IMG/VR virus record: IMGVR_UViG_3300022670_000078
Span: 1-31,669 of that record
Strand: one strand, 5' to 3'
DNA: 31,669 nucleotides
DNA from: a virus
Lineage: Duplodnaviria > Caudoviricetes
Of the stretch, positions 15,721-25,900 are shown in pieces. The position numbers and the translations under genes are program-made. Within the stretch, counting starts at the first letter, position 1. Each line of letters begins with the position of its first letter. The notes beneath the pieces are model-generated. The model saw only the letters and a program-made list of their open reading frames with translations. It was not told the origin of the DNA and did no database searches.

Positions 15721-17106
15721 CTATATAGTGAAGTAGTTTGTTCCATTAAAGTACAGTGTGGTTGATTGTAAGTCTGCACTAAGAATCAACGAGTCCTGAA
15801 AGTCTATCTTAATATCCCTATCCCCTGCCACCTCAGCTACACCAAATGCCTCTGCACTGGCTATACCTGTCGGTCTTAGGAATGTAGCTTGGCTAACATT
15901 ATGTGCACCAAACGATTCCTCACTAGCAATGCCACTAGGAGATACGGTCACAGCTCCTGTGGTTAACACAGCCGTGCCGAAAGCTTCTTCCGATGCTATC
16001 CCACTAGGAGACAACACTTGTACATTAGCGACAGTGTGAGAGCCGAAGGCTTCAGCACTTGCAATGCCTGTAGGACTTAGGGTAACTGCGCCAGTGGTTA
16101 GTACTGCTGTACCAAAGGCTTCTTCTGAAGCTATTCCTGTTGGTGATATATCGTCACCACTAGCTGCTACCCAATCTGCACCTATACTCCACGGGTCTGA
16201 TATTGCCTCACCATCTATATCTATGGCATCAGTAACACCGCTTAAATCTACACCTTCATCTTTAGCTGCTGTATCTCCGCTAGCTAAATGATAATCATCT
16301 GACCCAGCATCTTCAAAGGTAAATGTCTGGCTTACTCTGTCATTGGTGTTAGTTGTGTACCCAGTACCAAAGTCTGCATCCTCCGTTGCGTTGAAGTCCG
16401 ACGACGAGTCCATTGTGCCTGTAATACCGTTGGTAGTTCCGTGTATTATGTTGTTCTTAAATATAGGCTTGTTGGAACTCTTTGTGAATGTGTATATGTC
16501 TACCGTATTTATGATGGTGTTGTTGTAATAACTAGCTATAGTACCTGACCCTGATGTATCTTGGGTGAATATACCACAATCAAGTATAAGGTTAAAGCAC
16601 ACGTCTACAACATGTCCTGACCTTGAAACCGCTAGGGCTGTAGCTTTATTAGCACCGCCCGTATCACGTACAATATTCCGCTTAAACGAACCACCGTCAC
16701 AGGGGTCACCAAATGCTACTGCTACCCTTACTGTGCTTGCCGAAGTCTGCTCAAACTGTATATACTCTATCGCTACATTTTCTTCCGCTATGTTAAACGA
16801 AGTGTTAGCCCTGACACAGCTGAACTTATTATCATCCCATACACCTGAATGCCTGTAGTTCACATGCGAGGTGAATATTAATGCACCTGTAATCGTCCAC
16901 CCTGACACAGTACAAGAGCCTATATCGTTAGCTGTACCACCACATTGGATGATAAGCCTATCTCCTGACGAGATGGTGCCCTGCTCTGCTGCCTCTGCAG
17001 CTGCTCTGGATGCGTATGCTGCATCTGTACCTGACAGTACGTCTATACCTCCTGTACCGTCACCCCCTGCACTAGCTGGGTTTACAAATCGGATAGTATC
17101 GGTCAT
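15721..17106 (-). CDS. fibre/spike protein: N-terminal beta-helix-like domain plus C-terminal tandem repeats
   Basis: NNTIIN/KNNII beta-helix ladder, DYHLASG..AKDEG..DIDG..WSIGAD cap, five SPxGIASxExFG repeats. Confidence 0.75.
   Translation of the reverse strand: MTDTIRFVNPASAGGDGTGGIDVLSGTDAAYASRAAAEAAEQGTISSGDRLIIQCGGTANDIGSCTVSGWTITGALIFTSHVNYRHSGVWDDNKFSCVRANTSFNIAEENVAIEYIQFEQTSASTVRVAVAFGDPCDGGSFKRNIVRDTGGANKATALAVSRSGHVVDVCFNLILDCGIFTQDTSGSGTIASYYNNTIINTVDIYTFTKSSNKPIFKNNIIHGTTNGITGTMDSSSDFNATEDADFGTGYTTNTNDRVSQTFTFEDAGSDDYHLASGDTAAKDEGVDLSGVTDAIDIDGEAISDPWSIGADWVAASGDDISPTGIASEEAFGTAVLTTGAVTLSPTGIASAEAFGSHTVANVQVLSPSGIASEEAFGTAVLTTGAVTVSPSGIASEESFGAHNVSQATFLRPTGIASAEAFGVAEVAGDRDIKIDFQDSLILSADLQSTTLYFNGTNYFTI
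15830..16150 (-). repeat. five about 22-23-aa tandem repeats (SPxGIASxExFG...) within the fibre gene
   Basis: Visible in translation; repeats 1 and 3 share GTAVLTTGAVT. Confidence 0.85.
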
Positions 17107-17471
17107 TGGGTTATATCCTTAAACATCTCAGACGCACGAACCCATGTAAGGTTTAGGTGTCTGTTTGCTGCCAGCTCAGCTAGCTCCTCGGCTGTTATGA
17201 GGGATGAATCTATAACAAACTTACATCTATGTATCACCTCAGGTGTTGCTAACGGTAACGCTGAGTAGACAGGGGGTAGTATCAGTGCCTTAGCTTCTTC
17301 TAAGCTTTTCACAGGCACGTCATATACATCTACCGTATAGAACTTAGTCAACTGCTTCTGCAGCTTACCTACAGGGAAGATGTCTACTAGCCCATACTTG
17401 TTGTGACGCATAGCTGTATGTGCAGCTGTGTGCGTCTTATCTTCTGCCATTATTAATACTGTTATATCCAT
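17103..17471 (-). CDS. hypothetical protein in the fibre module (possible chaperone)
   Basis: ORF track 17103..17540; likely start MDITV at 17471 after AGGAG. Confidence 0.7.
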   Translation of the reverse strand: MDITVLIMAEDKTHTAAHTAMRHNKYGLVDIFPVGKLQKQLTKFYTVDVYDVPVKSLEEAKALILPPVYSALPLATPEVIHRCKFVIDSSLITAEELAELAANRHLNLTWVRASEMFKDITQ

Positions 17472-17481
17472 AGGAAGGCTC

Positions 17482-17889
17482 CTATAATTTAAATATTTTG
17501 TTTGCGCCACTATCCCAAGTGATTGTAATATCACCACCATTGGGGGTTACAGGTAGTCCTGTGGCAGCATCAATGTAGGCAATTAAGGGACTAGTACTAG
17601 CTGTACCCGTATCTTTGTATATAACTAACGCTTCGGATACATCCCCTGTTACAGAACTAAAAGTTATATCGGCTGCATCGAACACTCCGAGGGTACTCGT
17701 CTTACTAGCCATGTTACCTGAGGTAGCCACACGTGCGCCAGCAGGGATGTCATCTAGGAAATCATGTGTGTCTATTGCTAAGGTGTAGTCGGCTAAATCT
17801 ACCAGTACAACTTTGATGTTGTCGGTTAACATAGCTATACTGCCTTCTAAAATCTTTTGTCGGCCTAAGCCATATAGTGCATCTGCCAT
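17482..17889 (-). CDS. conserved virion structural protein (fibre/spike base-like)
   Basis: IKVVLVD...FDAADITF...LIAYID...TPNGGDITITW..IFKL, a pattern seen in phage virion proteins next to fibre genes. Confidence 0.7.
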   Translation of the reverse strand: MADALYGLGRQKILEGSIAMLTDNIKVVLVDLADYTLAIDTHDFLDDIPAGARVATSGNMASKTSTLGVFDAADITFSSVTGDVSEALVIYKDTGTASTSPLIAYIDAATGLPVTPNGGDITITWDSGANKIFKL

Positions 17890-18350
17890 TATTGGTTCTC
17901 CGTTGTAATGGTTATGTTGTTTGTGCTTGCGTTGTTGCTTTCATCTTTAATAACGATAAGTATATTCTTACTTATGCCACTAGGCAATATAACTTCTACA
18001 TCTCCTGCAAAGTTAACGCCAAATATGTTAGTGCCTACTATCAGTGCTTGCCTGTTTACTTTAAACGTAGCAGCCTGTATAGGGATATACTTTACTGCTT
18101 CTGAGCCTCCGCCACCACTGCTGGTAGGCTGTACTGTTATCCACTCACCCCATGTACCATCAGGATGTTTAAATCTTATCTCCCCATTACGTACCTCATG
18201 TTCAGGAGCTGCGCCAGCAACCCCTTCTTCCTGTACGTGCACTGTCTTGTTAACAGTGGTAGTGATACCATCCTTTCCGGGCTTACCCCGCTTCCCTTCA
18301 ATGATTTGCTTGAGGATAATAACACTGTCAGTTACTTCATGTAGTGCCAT
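17889..18350 (-). CDS. putative structural protein with short collagen-like stretch
   Basis: GKRGKPGKDG; IRFKHPDGTWGEW; C-terminal LP...IVIKDESNNASTNNITI; start MALHEV at 18350 after GAGGT. Confidence 0.7.
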   Translation of the reverse strand: MALHEVTDSVIILKQIIEGKRGKPGKDGITTTVNKTVHVQEEGVAGAAPEHEVRNGEIRFKHPDGTWGEWITVQPTSSGGGGSEAVKYIPIQAATFKVNRQALIVGTNIFGVNFAGDVEVILPSGISKNILIVIKDESNNASTNNITITTENQ

Positions 18351-18351
18351 G

Positions 18352-19062
18352 TTACACCTCTGTTTTGTTGCCTTGCTCGTCCACCATGAACAGCTTACCT
18401 GCATCGTCCTTGAATAGTCCACCCTTAGAGGGGGTTAACTCTTCCTTAGGTGCTACTACTTCTTCCTCTTGCACGTTAGACTGTACAGCTGCCATCCTAT
18501 CGGATAATCTTATTGCCCGGTTACCTACTTGCTTAGCCCAGTCAGAATCTCTCATCTCTGCAGCAGCTGCCTTCCAGTCACCTACTTCAATAGCCTTCCA
18601 CATATCCTTAAATTCAGAGATACCCTTCTTGCCTAGATTGAACGTCATGTTCTGCAGGATATCAAACACTTCATCAGGTACGTGTACCTTCTTCTTCTCC
18701 AGTACGGAGGTTATGTCCTTATCAGCCTCGTTCATGTCAGTCTTAAACCAAGCATCGACTACGTCATCTGGAATTGCAGTACCTATAGGGTACAGCTTCT
18801 TCTCTTCCTTGGTCATTAGGTGGCCTACGCCCCCTGTAAGCTTCTTCTTACTGTCCTTGTAAGAGACGTGAGCGCCCTCTTTGTTACGAACGGCACCTTC
18901 ATCCTTCTTGATGACCTTCTCTTCTCTGAATGGCTCTGGTGCATCCTCAACTATAGTTTCCTCCTCTTCTACAGGGAGGTTACTCAGTATTTCAGTCATT
19001 TCCTCTTGCGTTGCATCTTTCGGGAAGTCATACTGCTGGCCTTCAAACTCTACAATAGGCAT
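18352..19062 (-). CDS. T4-type (GH24) lysozyme with acidic extensions, likely virion-associated
   Basis: DEG...YKDSKKKLTGGVGH, NMTFNLG, WKAAAAEMRDSDWAKQVGNRAIRL; start MPIVE at 19062 after GGGAG. Confidence 0.9.
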   Translation of the reverse strand: MPIVEFEGQQYDFPKDATQEEMTEILSNLPVEEEETIVEDAPEPFREEKVIKKDEGAVRNKEGAHVSYKDSKKKLTGGVGHLMTKEEKKLYPIGTAIPDDVVDAWFKTDMNEADKDITSVLEKKKVHVPDEVFDILQNMTFNLGKKGISEFKDMWKAIEVGDWKAAAAEMRDSDWAKQVGNRAIRLSDRMAAVQSNVQEEEVVAPKEELTPSKGGLFKDDAGKLFMVDEQGNKTEV

Positions 19063-19063
19063 A

Positions 19064-20854
19064 CTACTCCCCTTCAGTGGCAGGAACAATGTTCCCATTA
19101 GCATCACGGACAAACTTAATAACTTCAGCACTCTCAGGCTCCTTAGGCTGTACAATGCTAGTGGCAGCTTCAGCAACTGTGTGCCAGTATGCCTCAGTAC
19201 CTCCATATCTAGCTGATGGTAGTACTCCTGCTCCATTGTACTTAGCAGATATACTGTTAGCTCTGTTAAATCGTCTTGCGTATGTTGCCATACTAACGTC
19301 TGCTGTAATTGCTGTCTGTGCAAGGCCAATACGCTCTGCTTGACTACGAGGGGTAACTACTAAGCTACCTCCTTCACCTAATACTAGGCGTTCTAGCTGT
19401 ACGTTAGGGTCACTGGCTAGTTCTACCAGCTCCTGACTTAGCCCGGCTGTTGTGGTTACTTGCATGTTAATGAATGCAGCTTTAAGCTTGTTACTCTTGG
19501 CTGTTGCCGTTAGTACTTTGTTGCTACCGAAGCTACTCCACGCTAACTCTTCACCACCATACTTACGTATGTCTTCGAGGGCTGCTATCTGGAAGTCTTC
19601 CTCGATACCCACAGTACTCATAGCTATACCTGCAGCTACTACCCTGTCCTGCTTCTCTTGACGTGTCTCTAGTGGCTCAGTGCCACCAATCCTAGCATAC
19701 TGCTTAGGGATATTCGTCATATCAAAGGCTATCTTGGCATTGCCTGAAAGGGCAGCTACTAAAGCTTTACCTTTAGCAGTACCACCTGACTTGTCCATGA
19801 ACTTCACCATCTCAATGAACCCACGAGCACCACCAATGGCATAAGCATTCACATACTCAGGCATGTTCAGTAAACTGTTCTGTACGGAGGCAATGATAGT
19901 TTTGTTGTGCTGACTTAACGTCTCAAACAACGTACCATCCTCAATCATCTGGATAGTGGTATCCCGCATCTCATTTAACGGGGCTAGTTCTGCATTGATA
20001 GCAGTACCTGATACATTCAGTCCTGCAGTCTTGGCTAGCATGGCTGATGTAGATGCACCAAAGGCAGCATTCACTTTAGATATCAGGGCACGCTTAGCAT
20101 CATCCCCTATACTCTGGCCTGTTGTTACCATACGCTGAACGTCTGCCATTACATCTGTTATCAGTGCACCACCACGGTTAATCACTTCACTAGCTGCAGT
20201 GTTCAGGGTGTATGTTCCCTGCTTAGCTGATAAGTCAAACTTCTGTTGCTCGATTGCGTTGACAGATGCTGCTTGATTCATACCTACTAACTGGTCAACA
20301 GTAACGCCTAGCTTAATGGACTCTATAGTCAACTGTTCAAATGCTCTCTGTTCAGGAGTCTTAGTAGCCTTAGCTTCTGTAAGTAGCTGGCTGAATAAGG
20401 TCTTACTTGGGTCTTGTCCTGTGCTGTCACGCATAGCTCCACGTATCTCTGCCTCAAACTCAGGGGCATTACGTATAGCATTGTTCTGTATCAATTCTAA
20501 TCTCTCAAGAGCAAAGGTAGATGGTAGTCTACCCTGCTTAGTTGCATCCCGTATCAGGGTGAACTCTTCTAGTGCCATAGCGACATTGGGATTAGCCAAT
20601 GCCTCTTCACTGAACACACTGCTCTGTATTGACGGGAACCTAGTAGCCTTGAGTGCAAGACTAACCGCTTGGGTTCGTCCTGTTACATCATCAGTTATAT
20701 CATCTTCAAGGTTCTGACGTATCAACGGTAGGGCTATGTTAGCTATATCTTCCACTGCGTCCAACACACCAGTAGCGGGAGTAAATCCTCCCTTTAGTTG
20801 CACGGGTGCTATGTCTGCTACGTTACCTGTTGTCTGGAACGGGGACGCTGCCAT
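19064..20854 (-). CDS. internal virion (ejection) protein
   Basis: 596 aa, Ala/Gln-rich and helical, no Cys; lies in the ejection block. Confidence 0.65.
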   Translation of the reverse strand: MAASPFQTTGNVADIAPVQLKGGFTPATGVLDAVEDIANIALPLIRQNLEDDITDDVTGRTQAVSLALKATRFPSIQSSVFSEEALANPNVAMALEEFTLIRDATKQGRLPSTFALERLELIQNNAIRNAPEFEAEIRGAMRDSTGQDPSKTLFSQLLTEAKATKTPEQRAFEQLTIESIKLGVTVDQLVGMNQAASVNAIEQQKFDLSAKQGTYTLNTAASEVINRGGALITDVMADVQRMVTTGQSIGDDAKRALISKVNAAFGASTSAMLAKTAGLNVSGTAINAELAPLNEMRDTTIQMIEDGTLFETLSQHNKTIIASVQNSLLNMPEYVNAYAIGGARGFIEMVKFMDKSGGTAKGKALVAALSGNAKIAFDMTNIPKQYARIGGTEPLETRQEKQDRVVAAGIAMSTVGIEEDFQIAALEDIRKYGGEELAWSSFGSNKVLTATAKSNKLKAAFINMQVTTTAGLSQELVELASDPNVQLERLVLGEGGSLVVTPRSQAERIGLAQTAITADVSMATYARRFNRANSISAKYNGAGVLPSARYGGTEAYWHTVAEAATSIVQPKEPESAEVIKFVRDANGNIVPATEGE

Positions 20855-21114
20855 TATTTATTCTCCTCAGTAGCCACATACGTGGCATGGAAGATATCAG
20901 GTTTACATGGATAGAATTCCCCTTGTACTCCTCTTATAATGATGTCACCTATACTAGCGTGATGACATCCTTCTAGGGTACGTATAACCAAACCGTTTCT
21001 CTCGTCGTGGTCGAAGTTTCGCCACTCTAAAAACTTAGACATTTCATCTATATTAGTACCGTCCCATTCTAAAGTAGCAACTGTTACTGGGCGCTTAGTA
21101 TAACGTTTAATCAT
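20854..21114 (-). CDS. small conserved phage protein (TLEG...GEFYPCKPDIF family)
   Basis: KRPVTV...IRTLEG..ASIGDIIIRGVQGEFYPCKPDIFHATY; AGGAG SD. Confidence 0.85.
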   Translation of the reverse strand: MIKRYTKRPVTVATLEWDGTNIDEMSKFLEWRNFDHDERNGLVIRTLEGCHHASIGDIIIRGVQGEFYPCKPDIFHATYVATEENK

Positions 21115-21115
21115 G

Positions 21116-24100
21116 TTATTTATTCTCCTGTTCTAACGTGTCTTGGAATGGTTGCACGATAGCTTGTTTATTGAATACATTACTAGGGTTAAATCCTAAA
21201 GTTGTATCCAGTATAACACCTTCGGTTAACTTCTCAGGTACTGTACGTTCGTAGAACTTCTTAAGCTCCCTATCCTCGGTAGTCTGAGGGTCTGTGAATA
21301 TATTACGAGCTACTTGCTCATTCACCTTGTTGATTAGAAACTCATTGTCCAGTGTCTCGTGCACCAACTGCTGTATATTCTTGACAGACTGAGCATACTT
21401 AGGGTTCATATCATGGGTGTACACGTAACGATGGTAAGCCTTGACTATAACGTCAGCTGCTTCGTTAACTAGCATGTCCACTTCTCTATTGCTCTGCTGT
21501 AGCTGTCTAACACGTGTCTCTGCAGTCAATTGAAAGCCTAGGGCTACACCCAGCTTGTCTGCGAAGGTAAAGCCATCCTCTCTCTCGATAGTCACACGAC
21601 CTCTACGGTCAAGTATCTTACCCGAGTTGTGCATCATACGGGCTTTGAGCAAGTTACGTCCCGAAGACGTTATGGTGGCCATCACTACAGCTATATCAGC
21701 TGCTGTTTCCAGCATAGTAGGCTCATCCATGTCTGTTTCACTGGCTCTGTTATGCATGAGTAGTGGCTCTAGCTCTGCTAAACTTGCAAATGCTTGGGAC
21801 TTCAGTACCATGCTAGACTCTTGTAGTGCTTCTCCTGCACGTACACCTGTAGTGCCTGTCACGGCAAGGAACTTAGACCACATAGGGTCTTTACTTGTTA
21901 TGATATCTCTCGTAGTTTCAAACGTACTAGAGAACAATGCTGCTCTGTTGGCTATATCGATGTCCGCCCCGAATACTTCCTTAACTAGGGTACCTGTAGC
22001 CCCTTGGTTAATTGCATTAGCAGCTGTGTCATTAGGCTCTATGTCTAACCATTCGAACATTGCCGGAGCTACTACACTTACCAGAGGAACACCTGCGGAG
22101 CCGAACAGTAACACTTGTCCTACTGCTATACGTCTCTTCTGTGCAGCTGTAAAGCCACCACGCTGTGTACCCTTAGCTGTTAGCTCTACTGTCTTGGCCA
22201 GTACCTGTTGGAACTGTCCTGTCATGGAGAACATTCTTTGTGGTGCGGGCTTACCTGCGCCACCTTGCCACCATGCCTTGTTCGCGGCATTCAATTCAAG
22301 CATAGTCTTGTTAGCTTCTTGTACTACTGCAGTTAACGCATCGTCATCAAACTTAACCTTAGGGTTCTCTGCTCTCCAACGAGTGAAGGCTGAAGTAAAG
22401 CTTAAGCGTCTGTTCATTAGCTCACCTGCACGGTAGAATATTAGACTTGCATTACCACCCTTACGCAGTACATCGGCAGTTACGCCAACACCTGTGCTAG
22501 ATATGTAATTCATATCCGCATTACTACGTACGGACTCATACAGTCCTGACCTTCTCCATGCGTGGTATAGCTCTGTATCTTTACCTGCCACCTCACCACC
22601 GTTTACAAGCTTCTTAAGGACTGCGTCAAACGTACTGCCATTCCGTACATTATCTAACATAGTTAGACGTGCGGAGGTAGCTATGATACCGGGGATATCA
22701 CTTATCTTAACGAGGGACATGGCTACTACAGCAGCTGATGCCTGTACGTAAATCTGTGCAGGGTTCATAGCCCCTAACATGAGGTGCATATTAGCTGTTA
22801 ACACAGCAGCAATAGGGTCAGTGTGCTTAAGCCATAGTGCATGCTTGATACTGTTCTTCTGTAGTCCCATACCACGGCTACCATTCAGTGCCCAGTCGTG
22901 ATACTTCTGTGCTGCACCTTCAAACATACTTTCCTGTCTGCTTGGTACTCTGTTCCACGTATTAATCTGCTCACGTAATCTGCCTAGTGCTTTCCCTTCA
23001 GGAGTAGCAGGTAATCTTGTACCATTGAAGCCTTCAAGCTTAACGCTGTTGTCTAACTTGGCCACAGTGTTCAACCATTGCTTCTCTTGGCCTATTCTCC
23101 ACTCATTACGTGCCAGTGCATTGCCCATGTGGTCAATATAACGGCCAAACGCCTCACCGGGAGCCATACGCTCAATAGGAACACCATCTAAACCCATAAG
23201 TAACTCATCAGCACTACGTGTACCAGTGTATAGTCCTCCTGAGCCGCTGAGGGCGCTCTCCATTCTCTCCATCTGCTTCATTTGACTGCCATCACCTATG
23301 TCGAACATACGTGCTGCATCTTCAGGGCGTATCTCAGGGTTCTTGGCAATTATTAAGTCCACTTGATTCTGTATAAACTTATCAGCATCTTGTTTAGAGC
23401 TGAATGCACGTAGTACATGGTCAATTGTATGGCCTTGCACACCAGACTTAGTTACAGGGAACTTCTGCTTAACTACAAATTCCACCCCTTCATTAATCTT
23501 AGGTACATACCCCTCCTTATAATGTAATACTTGTTCTGGAAGGTTTCTTAGACGATTTGCTTCTATGAACATGTACTCTACAACTTCACCACCTGTAGCT
23601 AAATCACCTGCGCCTGTGGTATTCCAGTCGTTACGAGAACGTACCAGTACTCTGCCTTTAGCATACATGGTATCTATTAAAGCATCTGTAATAGGAACAG
23701 TTATATTCTCATTGGCCAAGAACACGCTGTAATTAGGACGTAGTCCTGCTGATGCCTTAGCTGCTTCAGGAGTAGCCAAGCGCTTAACGGCTAGGCTCTG
23801 CCCCTTCAGGGTAACCGAGTTCTCAAATCCTGCTAGCTGTAGCTCTCTACGGGATACAAAGTTCTGCATGTCCCATAAGGAGTCGGCAAAGATTCTACGT
23901 TTGTAGTAGGCTTCCACTTCATTGGGCTTGGTTAGATGTACTGTACCTTGAGAGGTTTGTACTCCTGCAGCCAGCTCACGTTCCGTGTATACTCTGCCTC
24001 TAATCTGTGTGCCCTTGTTAACGTACTCATCACCAGCTAACTCAATGCTGTCTATACGACTCCTAGCTTGCACATCTCTAAGGCCATTGATACTTGCGTT

Positions 24101-25891
24101 AGCTTCAAGCCACTGGTCATTGATACGAGACTTACTAGCCACTGCTATATCTTCCAGTGCTATCGATTGCTTAACTGCATCGTTAAAATCTAAGGCTTGT
24201 CCGGGCTTGGTGATAGACCATGCTGCCGGAGATTGTCCGGGGATACTGCTGCTACTAGGTGAAGCTAAGTCTCTAACAGTCTCGACGAAGTTACCTGTCT
24301 GCTCATTGATTCTCCATGACCTGAATGCTGTATGGGTACTAGGTACAATCTCAGCTGCTCCTCCACCTGCGGGTAGGAACTCCTGTTTGCTGTTTGCAAT
24401 AGTGTACTCGTACGAGAATCCCATAGAGTTTATGGAGTCTGGAATGATACGAACATTAGTAAGGCTTATACCTTCTTGTAATAAGTCTTCGGTTTTTAAT
24501 TCCATTTCGTTATTAAAACTACGTATGACTAATGACCTGTCTGATTGATTCAGTGCCCCGATACGCATTAAGTCTGACTCTGTAGTCATGCTACGTACAA
24601 AGCCCTTGTTACCCCGGATGAAGTTGTTCATCATCTCCGCTGTGGCAGCAGATAGGCCACCAATGAACTCAGGGTTCATAGATGTAGCTGTCATAGGCAT
24701 GGTGTTAGTGTACGCTACGTCAGAGGGCATACCGTACGCTCTGGCTATGTCCTTATCCCCAACAGCAGCTAAGTTTATAGCAGCAGCTTCTTTCTTATCG
24801 CCTGCATCTGCTATCAGTTTAATAGGATTGTTCTTCTTACGGGAATACTCTGCAGCATTACCCATGATAGCTTCCATATTCTTACGAGTGTTGATAGGTA
24901 GCTTGTTAAGCTTGGCTATCTGGGAGCCTGTCCTCGCACTGGCTAAGCCACCAATCATATCAGCTGCTATGGGTGCACCTAGTGCTAGTACGTCAAAGGT
25001 GTTTAGTACACGTACAGTGGTAATGGTACGCTCTCCACCTTCAGGCTTTAAGAAGCTTAGAAGAATACCTGCAGCATTCAATACATTCTTATCCGACTTA
25101 AGGAAACTTACACCTAAGCCTAGGGAGTAGTCCACTCCTGTGGCTGCTAGTACAGCCTCAGTTAGAGCAGGAAGCAACGCATGCTTACGCTCCGTAGGTA
25201 AGGATTGCCATGTAGCAATCATGCCCTGAATAGACTCGCCGTCAATGACATCTTTCAGCTTGGCATGTTCCCTGATATTATCTTTCACATCCTCAAAATC
25301 CATACCCATACGGAACGGTATAAAGTTACCGCCTATGTCAGATATGAAGTCAAGCGTACCAGCCTCATCCAGCATACGGGATATCTCATTACGGGCAGCT
25401 AGGTTAAAGGCTAGCTCCTCCTGTACTGCTTGGTCTAATGGGATGGTAGTAGCTCTTTGGATAACTGCCAGCTCCGTGGAGACTGGACTGTTGCGCATAT
25501 TATTTATCTTCTGTTGGCCTGCTACTAGCTGGTCAATAACTCCCGGTAGTTCATTAGGCGCTATCTCACCAAAGGCGTTGCCTGCATCGCTAAGCTTACC
25601 TTCGAGGGTAGTGAATAGAGCTTCTGCAGACATGGCTAAGGAAGCAGTGGCATTGTAATCAGCTTTGGCTACGTTAATTGTAGCTAAGTCTGTGCCTCTG
25701 CCCTGTATCATAGCGTTCTGTGTAGCCAAGTCATCTGTACGTACACTGCCTGTAGTGAGAGCATCATCGAACAACGTTGCTACATTGTCAGGAGTTACAA
25801 GTCCTACACCTTCTGTTGCTTGGTCTAAGGAATCGACATCCGTGTCTAGCACTTTACCAAAAGCATCCGGGTTAATTAGTTCATCTGCCAT
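21116..25891 (-). CDS. large internal virion (ejection) protein, T7 gp16-like position
   Basis: 1591 aa, helical; hydrophobic segments in the C-terminal third; lies after tail genes. Confidence 0.75.
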   Translation of the reverse strand: MADELINPDAFGKVLDTDVDSLDQATEGVGLVTPDNVATLFDDALTTGSVRTDDLATQNAMIQGRGTDLATINVAKADYNATASLAMSAEALFTTLEGKLSDAGNAFGEIAPNELPGVIDQLVAGQQKINNMRNSPVSTELAVIQRATTIPLDQAVQEELAFNLAARNEISRMLDEAGTLDFISDIGGNFIPFRMGMDFEDVKDNIREHAKLKDVIDGESIQGMIATWQSLPTERKHALLPALTEAVLAATGVDYSLGLGVSFLKSDKNVLNAAGILLSFLKPEGGERTITTVRVLNTFDVLALGAPIAADMIGGLASARTGSQIAKLNKLPINTRKNMEAIMGNAAEYSRKKNNPIKLIADAGDKKEAAAINLAAVGDKDIARAYGMPSDVAYTNTMPMTATSMNPEFIGGLSAATAEMMNNFIRGNKGFVRSMTTESDLMRIGALNQSDRSLVIRSFNNEMELKTEDLLQEGISLTNVRIIPDSINSMGFSYEYTIANSKQEFLPAGGGAAEIVPSTHTAFRSWRINEQTGNFVETVRDLASPSSSSIPGQSPAAWSITKPGQALDFNDAVKQSIALEDIAVASKSRINDQWLEANASINGLRDVQARSRIDSIELAGDEYVNKGTQIRGRVYTERELAAGVQTSQGTVHLTKPNEVEAYYKRRIFADSLWDMQNFVSRRELQLAGFENSVTLKGQSLAVKRLATPEAAKASAGLRPNYSVFLANENITVPITDALIDTMYAKGRVLVRSRNDWNTTGAGDLATGGEVVEYMFIEANRLRNLPEQVLHYKEGYVPKINEGVEFVVKQKFPVTKSGVQGHTIDHVLRAFSSKQDADKFIQNQVDLIIAKNPEIRPEDAARMFDIGDGSQMKQMERMESALSGSGGLYTGTRSADELLMGLDGVPIERMAPGEAFGRYIDHMGNALARNEWRIGQEKQWLNTVAKLDNSVKLEGFNGTRLPATPEGKALGRLREQINTWNRVPSRQESMFEGAAQKYHDWALNGSRGMGLQKNSIKHALWLKHTDPIAAVLTANMHLMLGAMNPAQIYVQASAAVVAMSLVKISDIPGIIATSARLTMLDNVRNGSTFDAVLKKLVNGGEVAGKDTELYHAWRRSGLYESVRSNADMNYISSTGVGVTADVLRKGGNASLIFYRAGELMNRRLSFTSAFTRWRAENPKVKFDDDALTAVVQEANKTMLELNAANKAWWQGGAGKPAPQRMFSMTGQFQQVLAKTVELTAKGTQRGGFTAAQKRRIAVGQVLLFGSAGVPLVSVVAPAMFEWLDIEPNDTAANAINQGATGTLVKEVFGADIDIANRAALFSSTFETTRDIITSKDPMWSKFLAVTGTTGVRAGEALQESSMVLKSQAFASLAELEPLLMHNRASETDMDEPTMLETAADIAVVMATITSSGRNLLKARMMHNSGKILDRRGRVTIEREDGFTFADKLGVALGFQLTAETRVRQLQQSNREVDMLVNEAADVIVKAYHRYVYTHDMNPKYAQSVKNIQQLVHETLDNEFLINKVNEQVARNIFTDPQTTEDRELKKFYERTVPEKLTEGVILDTTLGFNPSNVFNKQAIVQPFQDTLEQENK

Positions 25892-25900
25892 GAGAGTATC

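Noticed and set aside
313-15779. Minus-strand ORFs over the early/replication arm (for example 656..1246, 7999..8544, 9112..9570)
   Set aside because: Antisense shadows of tightly packed + strand genes that have RBSs and recognisable motifs
15830-16150. Periodic repeats as a CRISPR array or DGR template/variable repeat
   Set aside because: In-frame protein repeats with synonymous divergence; no unique spacers, no adenine-specific pattern noticed, and no RT or cas gene
19063-19329. N-terminal 89 aa of the 325-aa lysozyme ORF as a SAR/signal region or frameshift fusion
   Set aside because: Overlaps the 596-aa gene; a good SD and ATG at 19062 follow that gene's stop
20854-21114. Naming this ORF Tad1, Tad2 or Acb2
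   Set aside because: It does not match the sequence motifs I recall for those families
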